DNA of 12,261 nt from Candidatus Micrarchaeota archaeon (GTDB lineage: Archaea > Micrarchaeota > Micrarchaeia > Anstonellales > Anstonellaceae). Location of the stretch: positions 14,155 to 26,415 of the forward strand of contig DUFS01000030.1 of NCBI GenBank assembly GCA_013331805.1, given 5' to 3'. Each line of letters opens with the position of its first letter. Position 1 is the first letter of the stretch. This document shows positions 1 through 5,946 of the stretch, in pieces. Both the position numbers and the translations under genes were made by a program. The notes below the pieces were generated by a model, which worked only from the letters and a program-made list of their open reading frames with translations, searched no databases and was not told the DNA's origin.

Positions 1-27
1 CCTTCGTTCACTCACCTTGATGGTCAT
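1..27 (-). CDS. Possible 5' end of A/V-type ATP synthase subunit B (partial, runs off the window)
   Basis: An ATG at 27..25 overlaps the atpA TGA (ATGA) and stays open to the edge (MTIKVSERR). An AGGTGA SD-like motif at about 17..12 could instead serve a start just outside the window. Identity is inferred only from the conserved HIKECFABD gene order. Confidence 0.35.
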
Positions 28-3000
28 TTCTTGCCAAGCGAGTCAAAGGCGCGGTCGATTTCGGTGCCTATGAACTCGATCTCCTTTATCTTGTCCTCGG
101 GAATTTCCTTGGCGCGCGCAATCCTTTCGCGTATGGGGAGCTCCAGTATCCTCTTGAGCTGAATGCCGAGCTCGACTGCCGCCTGGGCGCGGTGGTGGAA
201 CCGCATGATGTTCTTGAGCATCAGGTACTGCTTTTTCATAGAGGAGTATGTGTCCACCTCGTGGTAGGCTGATTGCTGCAGCAGGTCCTCGCGGATCATC
301 TTGGTGGAAAGGAGGACTGCCTGCTCCTTTTCGGGAAGGGCGTCAGGCCCCACCAGCTGCACGATCTCCTGAAGCTCGGACTCTTTTTGAAGGAGAGCCA
401 TTGCCTCCTTTCTCAGGTCCACCCAGTCTGACGAAATGTTGTTCACGTAATAGGCTTCAAGCGAGTCGGTGTAAAGCGAGTAGCTCCTCAGCCAGTTGAA
501 TGCCGGGAAGTGCCTGCGCTGCGCCAACGATGCGTCCAGCGCGAGGAATACTTTGGTGACGCGAAGCGTGTTCTGCGAAACCGGCTCGTTGATGTCGCCT
601 CCTGGGGGCGAGACCGCTCCAATAATTGTGACAGATCCAGTGCGGCTGGCGTCCGAGCCAAGGCACTGCACCCTGCCTGCCCGCTCGTAGAACTCGGCAA
701 GCCTCCTTCCAAGATAGGCAGGATACCCTTCCTCGCCAGGCATCTCCTCCAGTCTTCCGCCGATTTCCCTCATTGCCTCTGCCCAGCGGGATGTGGAGTC
801 TGCCATGAGCGCAACATCGTAGCCCATGTCCCTGTAGTATTCCGCGATTGTCACTGCGGTGTAAATAGATGCTTCGCGGGCAGCCACGGGCATGTTCGAA
901 GTGTTCGCAATGAGAACTGTCCTCATCATCAGGGGTTTTTTGGTGTGCGGGTCCTCCAGGTGCGGGAATTCTGTGAGCACCTCGGTCATCTCGTTGCCGC
1001 GTTCCCCGCAGCCCACGTACACAACAATCTGCGTGTCCGACCATTTTGCGAACTGGTGCTGCGTGACCGTGTTGTGGAGCAGAAGAGCGCCAAAACCGCC
1101 GACGAAATTCCCGGTTTGCGGTATTGAAACATCGAAGACGTCGAATGGTCCGTTAAGCTCCTCAATTTCCACTATCTCATCGCAGTAGATATGGTTGAGC
1201 GCTTCCGCCAGTCCCTCCACTTGCCGTATTAGCTGAAGTTGACTTCCAACACGGACTGCCAGCGCTGACGCAAACTTCCTGAAAGTGATTACGCTCATTC
1301 TTTCTTTGCCTGCTACGTAATTGTGTATTTCTATGCCTTCTTTTTTGAGATCGGTATAACTCAGGCCTGAATTCCTGTAGACCTCACTTATGAATTCCGC
1401 TGAGAGCGGAACCACATCGGTCGAAGTATAAGAGCTGCTTTTGGAAACGACGTAATCTTCTATCTGCTTTATCTTCTGGTGACCGCTATTCAACGCCTGA
1501 TATAATGAAGCAAGGTTGTGAAGGCCGCGGATGAAAACCCTGTAGTGGCTTTTTCCTGCAATTTCTCTCTTCGCAAGCGAATGCATGATGCCAAGCCGGG
1601 TAAGAGCATACGAAAGCGAGAGCTGCATTTTTCTGCTTGCAGACGAAATCTCCACTTCGCCATTTGAGATGCCTCCATCGCCAAGGTAGTAGCCTGCGAG
1701 GAATGCCTTTATGCAGTCGTCGCTTGATGACAGCACAGGCCCAGGGATGCACTTGGTGGCGGCGTTTTCGCCTATCTTTAGGTATCTTACAAAATCCGCA
1801 AGCACTTTGCTGGATAGGAGCGCATTTGGCGCCTTTCCATCCTGCCTTTCAATCTTTGCCTTAATGCCAAAGAGTTCTTTGGCAAGCTTTGCGAACCTGT
1901 CGAGCAAAGCCTCGTCCATATTTGTGAAGACCAGCGTCCTCCCTCCTCTGACGTAGCCCTCTGCGGCAAACAGGCCAATAAGTTCGGCAAGCTGCGGCGT
2001 CATCCTGTCAGGAATCCTTACGAGCGCGCCTCTTCTTTGCCCTCGGAGCAGCACGGGAGTTGGTGGCACCTCACCCAGAACCGCGCATATTTTCTTTATC
2101 CATGCCAGCTTGGGCGCGATTCCACTTTTCCTTGTTATGGAATAAAGCGTAATTTTTGGCAAATCAACTGGGATGCCCGCGGCTCTTGCTTTTTGCACAA
2201 GCTGCTTTACGAGTTTTTTAGTATCTTCATCTGCGGCCCTTGCTTCCTCAAGCGCATATATGTCCAGCTTGGCATCAGAAAGCTGCAGGTCCAGTTTCCG
2301 CACAGCAGCCAGGTAATCGCCTTCCTTCAGCTCCTCTGCTTTGGTTTCGACTATCTCGCCTCTGTCGCTGACTTTAAACAACTTGTGAACAGGAGTTACC
2401 TCTGCCATCCTGCCGCTTCTTGTCCTTACTCTCAGGAGCCTGTCGCTTGCGCCACGGTAAAATGTTTTTGAAGCAGACTGGGAAATTGTGTTGTTGGCAA
2501 AAGAGAAAAGGGGAAGCGGCTCGTTTAGAGTGAAATATTCCTCAAGGGCGCCTCCTTCGCTTACTCCGTGTTGTAGGCTCCAGCTGTGAAGCTCGTCCAT
2601 GGTGGCGATTGTGCCGTCAGCCAAAAGCACAGGGGTGGCACCGGAGACGCACTTGCCACTCCCGAACGGGCCTGGCACGCACACTGTTCCCCCTTTCGCA
2701 ATCGGGAAGAATATGTCCACAATCCTCTGCCCGGTGAGAAGGGGGATGTTGGGGTCGAATTTTTCCGCAACCGGCCTGCTCTTTCTCACAAACCACCGCT
2801 GCAGCATCTTCACGGGCTTTCCGTCGATCGAGCAGTAGGGCTCATCCACTGTGAATTTGCCGGGCTGCAAGTTGCTTACCGTGCCTTCTAACGGCGCCAT
2901 TAACTTGTGCATAATGATTTCGGTTTCCTGCACAGTGCCTAGTATGTCGCCCTGCTTGACTTTCTGCCCGTTCTTTGCGACTGGCGAAAGGTCCCATTTC

Positions 3001-3338
3001 TTGTTCCTGTCAATTGAATTCACGGTAAGCCCGCGGGTGATGAAGTCGCCCCCCTTTTTCACCAGCAGGTCCAGAGGGCGCTGTATGCCGTCGTAAATCG
3101 AGGTGAGAAGCCCTGGCCCGAGCTCAACTGAAAGGGGCTCGCCAGTGCTTTCCACAGGCTCCCCTGGCCGCAAGCCTGAGGTCTCCTCGTATACCTGGAT
3201 GGTGGCGGTCTCGCCCACTATCTTGATTATCTCGCCCGTCAATCCCTCGTTGCCGATTTTCACCAGGTCGTTCATCTTCGCGCCCGTCATCTCCTTTGCC
3301 TCCACGACCGGCCCCGAAATCCTGTGCAATACTCCCAT
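24..3338 (-). CDS. atpA: A/V-type ATP synthase catalytic subunit A, intein-containing precursor (1104 aa; spliced product 577 aa)
   Basis: Motifs ISGPVV, IQVYEETSGLRPGEPV, SVELGPGLL, YDGIQRPL, P-loop GPFGSGK|TV split by an intein, YVGCGERGNEM, NTSNMPVAAREASIYT, MADSTSRWAEAMREI, EEMPGEEGYPAYL, GAVSPPGGD. Start placed at ATG 3338 because GAGGTG (3350..3345) lies 6 nt upstream; the ORF track's GTG at 3347 is part of this SD. Confidence 0.98.
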   Translation of the reverse strand: MGVLHRISGPVVEAKEMTGAKMNDLVKIGNEGLTGEIIKIVGETATIQVYEETSGLRPGEPVESTGEPLSVELGPGLLTSIYDGIQRPLDLLVKKGGDFITRGLTVNSIDRNKKWDLSPVAKNGQKVKQGDILGTVQETEIIMHKLMAPLEGTVSNLQPGKFTVDEPYCSIDGKPVKMLQRWFVRKSRPVAEKFDPNIPLLTGQRIVDIFFPIAKGGTVCVPGPFGSGKCVSGATPVLLADGTIATMDELHSWSLQHGVSEGGALEEYFTLNEPLPLFSFANNTISQSASKTFYRGASDRLLRVRTRSGRMAEVTPVHKLFKVSDRGEIVETKAEELKEGDYLAAVRKLDLQLSDAKLDIYALEEARAADEDTKKLVKQLVQKARAAGIPVDLPKITLYSITRKSGIAPKLAWIKKICAVLGEVPPTPVLLRGQRRGALVRIPDRMTPQLAELIGLFAAEGYVRGGRTLVFTNMDEALLDRFAKLAKELFGIKAKIERQDGKAPNALLSSKVLADFVRYLKIGENAATKCIPGPVLSSSDDCIKAFLAGYYLGDGGISNGEVEISSASRKMQLSLSYALTRLGIMHSLAKREIAGKSHYRVFIRGLHNLASLYQALNSGHQKIKQIEDYVVSKSSSYTSTDVVPLSAEFISEVYRNSGLSYTDLKKEGIEIHNYVAGKERMSVITFRKFASALAVRVGSQLQLIRQVEGLAEALNHIYCDEIVEIEELNGPFDVFDVSIPQTGNFVGGFGALLLHNTVTQHQFAKWSDTQIVVYVGCGERGNEMTEVLTEFPHLEDPHTKKPLMMRTVLIANTSNMPVAAREASIYTAVTIAEYYRDMGYDVALMADSTSRWAEAMREIGGRLEEMPGEEGYPAYLGRRLAEFYERAGRVQCLGSDASRTGSVTIIGAVSPPGGDINEPVSQNTLRVTKVFLALDASLAQRRHFPAFNWLRSYSLYTDSLEAYYVNNISSDWVDLRKEAMALLQKESELQEIVQLVGPDALPEKEQAVLLSTKMIREDLLQQSAYHEVDTYSSMKKQYLMLKNIMRFHHRAQAAVELGIQLKRILELPIRERIARAKEIPEDKIKEIEFIGTEIDRAFDSLGKK
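1071..2651 (-). mobile_element. Intein (527 aa) with dodecapeptide LAGLIDADG homing endonuclease, inserted in the Walker A motif of atpA (VMA-b-type site)
   Basis: Begins with Cys (CVSGATPVLLADG, block A) right after GPFGSGK. Block B is VTPVHKLF. LAGLIDADG-like blocks are LAELIGLFAAEG and FLAGYYLGDG. Block F is VFDVSIPQTGNFVGG. Ends LLHN followed by the Thr +1 nucleophile (TVTQHQ). Removing it restores GPFGSGKTV. Confidence 0.97.
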
Positions 3339-3344
3339 GACAAA

Positions 3345-3350
3345 CACCTC
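3345..3350 (-). promoter_or_regulatory. Shine-Dalgarno site of atpA (GAGGTG)
   Basis: GAGGTG 6 nt upstream of ATG 3338; the same motif precedes atpK. Confidence 0.85.
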
Positions 3351-3351
3351 A

Positions 3352-3377
3352 TGAAAAATTTCTGCAGAAATTTTTCA
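3352..3377. repeat. Perfect 26-bp palindrome TGAAAAATTTCTG|CAGAAATTTTTCA
   Basis: Read directly: each 13-nt half is the exact reverse complement of the other, with no spacer. Confidence 0.95.
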
Positions 3378-3380
3378 GCT

Positions 3381-3404
3381 GTCATAAATCATCAGATTCA
3401 TGAC
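3381..3404 (-). repeat. Inverted repeat / hairpin GTCATGAATC-TGAT-GATTTATGAC
   Basis: 10-bp stem with a 4-nt loop. The single non-Watson-Crick position is a G-U pair on the minus (mRNA) strand. Confidence 0.85.
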
Positions 3405-3414
3405 CCAATGAATG

Positions 3415-3753
3415 CTATTTCTTCCTGCTCAGGTCAAGCCCGAGCGCGCGCTTTATCAGCATGGCAAGCGACTCCGACTGCTCGATTGGCCCTGCTGAAT
3501 CCGGAATGGGCACCACTATCGGCTTTGCGGTCGCCTCCACTCGCTTCTTGAGCCGCCAGTCGCAATTCTCAAGCAACGCTTCGGTGACTATGATTATGCC
3601 GTACGAGCTGTCGGACAATAGTTCGGAGAGCTTCCCCTCAGCCTCCTCCTGCCTGGGTAGGGCGAAGGTGTTTTCCACTCCCGCGAGCCGAAAGCCCGTG
3701 GTGGTGGCGCTGTCCGCAATCACTGCAATTTTCTCCTTTGTGTCCATGTTCAT
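3415..3753 (-). CDS. atpF: A/V-type ATP synthase subunit F
   Basis: KIAVIAD...TGFRLAGV, YGIIIVTE, PIVVPIPD, IKRALGLDL; 112 aa; ATGA overlap with the atpC stop; operon position. Alternative start ATG at 3747. Confidence 0.95.
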   Translation of the reverse strand: MNMDTKEKIAVIADSATTTGFRLAGVENTFALPRQEEAEGKLSELLSDSSYGIIIVTEALLENCDWRLKKRVEATAKPIVVPIPDSAGPIEQSESLAMLIKRALGLDLSRKK

Positions 3754-4934
3754 CCCACGAGCACGAGCATTTCAGCTATCCTTTCATTGGGCAGGCCAAG
3801 CGCCTTGCCCCGCACGATTTTCCTAATGTTGTTCATTTCCTCTTCTTTGAGGAAAAGGAAGCCCACTATGGCGCCAATCGACATCATGCTGCGCCGCAAG
3901 GTGCGCAGGCTCCTTCTGGCGAGCGAGATTTCGAACACAACTTCGAAGTGGCTAAGCTTTCCGTCGGACTTGTATTTCTGTTCTGCTGCTGCAAACTCCG
4001 CCTTGCCTGTTTCGGAAATGAAAAACGAGGAGGCCAGCGGGACCAGTTCCTCCAATGACTTTGAACCTGCCATTTTTTCCAGCTGAATCTTGGTGAAGTT
4101 GCCGCCGTCCACCATGCTTGCCATAATCGTTTTCCTGTCCGCCCCTGCTCGCTTGAGGCGCATTGCGGTTATCGCGTTCTTTGCGTCGGTTTCGGAGCGG
4201 AGCAGGTTCATGATGATGGCCGCGTCGCGCTCGCCTGGCTGCACAGAGGATGAGGCTGCCTCGTAGTAATAGGAATCGAGCGCTGAAATGAGAATCTCCA
4301 GCCTTGCAAGGTCCGAGTCCGGGTTCTGCAGCACTGCCTTGATCTGCGCCCTGGGCAAATGCCGAATCGATGCGGATGAAAGGAATTCTGAGCCAAAGCC
4401 GCTGGCGCGGACGGCTTCGTATAGCTCGTCTGATGATTTCGCATTGAGCATGCCTTGAAGCTCAGGCAGCCCCAGGTTTCCGGCAGGCACAAAGAGGTGC
4501 GATGTTTCCTCTTTGCTTTTCCCCAGCTTTTTTGCAAGAAGGATTGTCTTGAGGTTGTGTATGTCATATCTTCCAAGGAATGCGAAAAGAGTGTTCCTGC
4601 TTTGCTCGGGGGTGATCTGGAGCAGCTTCTGCGCTGTGCGGGAGAAGTTCCTGCTGACCGCAAGCTCCACGCGCTCCTCGTCAGTGATTTTCATGGGCAT
4701 GTTGGCAAAGTCCTCCCTGTAGCCTGTTCGCGACGAGAGGTATTCGGCAACAGCCGCATTGGTGTTCATCCGAAGCAGGTCCTCTGCCTGCCTGCGGGAG
4801 AAAAGCGATGTCCTCATGGCGCGCACGCGGGCGTTGGAGTAGCCGTAGACCAGGGGCTTGAAAGTGAGCAGGGAGCGCAGCTTCCCGGCGTAGCCTCCGT
4901 ATCCCTTTGCGCTTTTTGCCTTTTTCCCCTTCAT
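3750..4934 (-). CDS. atpC: A/V-type ATP synthase subunit C
   Basis: YGYSNARVRAM...L, RYDIHNLKTIL, ALDSYYY, ETDAKN, IVGFLFLKEEEMNNIRKIVRGKALGLP; located between E and F; GAGGGG SD-like motif upstream. Confidence 0.93.
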   Translation of the reverse strand: MKGKKAKSAKGYGGYAGKLRSLLTFKPLVYGYSNARVRAMRTSLFSRRQAEDLLRMNTNAAVAEYLSSRTGYREDFANMPMKITDEERVELAVSRNFSRTAQKLLQITPEQSRNTLFAFLGRYDIHNLKTILLAKKLGKSKEETSHLFVPAGNLGLPELQGMLNAKSSDELYEAVRASGFGSEFLSSASIRHLPRAQIKAVLQNPDSDLARLEILISALDSYYYEAASSSVQPGERDAAIIMNLLRSETDAKNAITAMRLKRAGADRKTIMASMVDGGNFTKIQLEKMAGSKSLEELVPLASSFFISETGKAEFAAAEQKYKSDGKLSHFEVVFEISLARRSLRTLRRSMMSIGAIVGFLFLKEEEMNNIRKIVRGKALGLPNERIAEMLVLVG

Positions 4935-4943
4935 TTTTTCCCC

Positions 4944-5504
4944 TCAGAACAATTTGTCGTAAATCTGCTTGCGTAGAGCGCCCTTCTTTTGAGCGAACGT
5001 TTCCTCCAGTGTCTTGTTCACGCGTATCTTGCCGTTTGAGCTTTCTATGATTGCGCCACCCGAATATTCGGCTGGCAACTTACCAAGCCGGAAGCCCGAG
5101 GCAAGAGACCTGTCCTCATCCCTGACGTACACCGTGGCATCGGTGGAGCCAAGCTCGCGCATGCCCTCCTTTATGAGCCTGTTCAAAAGATCACCGTAAG
5201 TGCCTTTGCCCAAGGAATCTGACCTGAACTTCTGCCAGACCTGCCTAAGCGATGCCTCCACTGCCTCGTCGCGCGCCTCGTCCACCAGCTTTTTCGCAGA
5301 AAGCCTTGCAGAGGTGATGCGCTCTGAGGACTCCTGCTTCACGTAAGCGGCTGCCTCCTTTTTGGCAGCGCGCAGCGACTCTTCCGTCTTTTCCCTTGAT
5401 TGCTCCTGGATTTTTTCAGCTCCCTTTTCGGCTGCCGAAATTATCTTTTTGCCCTCTGCCTCTGACTGCTTGTGCAGCTCGGATATGAGTTCCTCGAATC
5501 CCAT
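4944..5504 (-). CDS. atpE: A/V-type ATP synthase subunit E (186 aa)
   Basis: Typical MGFEELISEL start, charged coiled-coil N-terminal half, C-terminal SGGAIIESSNGKIRVNKTLE...IYDKLF. The ORF track's upstream extension to 5711 overlaps atpK and the structured spacer and was trimmed. Confidence 0.92.
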   Translation of the reverse strand: MGFEELISELHKQSEAEGKKIISAAEKGAEKIQEQSREKTEESLRAAKKEAAAYVKQESSERITSARLSAKKLVDEARDEAVEASLRQVWQKFRSDSLGKGTYGDLLNRLIKEGMRELGSTDATVYVRDEDRSLASGFRLGKLPAEYSGGAIIESSNGKIRVNKTLEETFAQKKGALRKQIYDKLF

Positions 5505-5517
5505 TGCATACACGTCC

Positions 5518-5622
5518 GCGGCTTTTTCAGAGAGACCGCATCTGCCTTCCCAACTGCTGTTCACGGGGCCAATAAGGAACCCGTGCGAGTTGGAAAGGGT
5601 GTGTGATTCATTTCGAAGCCGC
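5518..5622 (-). promoter_or_regulatory. Structured intergenic RNA element between atpK and atpE (three nested stems)
   Basis: Pairings 5518-5524/5616-5622 (7 bp), 5545-5555/5588-5598 (11 bp including one G-U on the minus strand) and 5562-5567/5580-5585 (6 bp). Function is inferred. Confidence 0.65.
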
Positions 5623-5889
5623 TCATGCTGCAGGCACTGCCGCAACTGCCGCCTCTGCGCCCTTGACTTCGCCAAGGAGCAGGAAGGCGACCACGAATCC
5701 CAAAAGCACAATGAGCTCGGGAAGCGCCATGTACACGATCAGCCTGAACGCCTCCTCGGGCTTTTCGGCAACCACTCCCATGATCGACGAGCCGATGGAT
5801 GCCTGCGCCCACGCCGTGCCCAATGCGCCCCCGAACATGGCAACTGCAGCGGCCATGCCGAATGCGCCCGCGTTTTCCAACAATACCAT
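5623..5889 (-). CDS. atpK: A/V-type ATP synthase subunit K (c/proteolipid), single-hairpin type, 88 aa
   Basis: Two hydrophobic helices, GTAWAQASIG, AEKPE loop, ion-binding Glu in ALPELIVLLGFVVAFLL; SD GAGGTG 5 nt upstream. Confidence 0.95.
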   Translation of the reverse strand: MVLLENAGAFGMAAAVAMFGGALGTAWAQASIGSSIMGVVAEKPEEAFRLIVYMALPELIVLLGFVVAFLLLGEVKGAEAAVAAVPAA

Positions 5890-5913
5890 TTACACACCTC
5901 TTTCTCTTCTATT

Positions 5914-5938
5914 CTAATGGGCGATCTTGCCCAGTTAG
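5914..5938 (-). promoter_or_regulatory. Hairpin in the atpI-atpK spacer, CTAA-C-TGGGC-AAGATC-GCCCA-TTAG
   Basis: 4+5 bp stem with a single bulge and a 6-nt loop, followed by a purine-rich unstructured run (AATAGAAGAGAAAGAGGTG) leading into the atpK SD. Confidence 0.55.
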
Positions 5939-5946
5939 CGGTATCT

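Noticed and set aside
3387..3395. CUGA and UGAUGA (box D/box C-like words) in the hairpin loop
   Set aside because: The two words overlap each other, so they cannot form a K-turn/K-loop or a C/D guide RNA.
248..3551. Many plus-strand and off-frame ORFs over atpA/atpF (e.g. 510..1127, 457..1044, 2037..2471)
   Set aside because: Shadow ORFs of GC-rich coding sequence, with no motifs and entirely overlapping well-supported genes.
5518..5625. atpK UGA followed by a stem-loop as a possible selenocysteine or readthrough signal
   Set aside because: Readthrough would add only four codons before another UGA, there is no Cys-equivalent position, and I see no convincing archaeal SECIS motif.
5505..5711. 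69-aa N-terminal extension of atpE in the ORF track
   Set aside because: Overlaps atpK in another frame and crosses the structured spacer; the family-typical start is MGFEEL at 5504.
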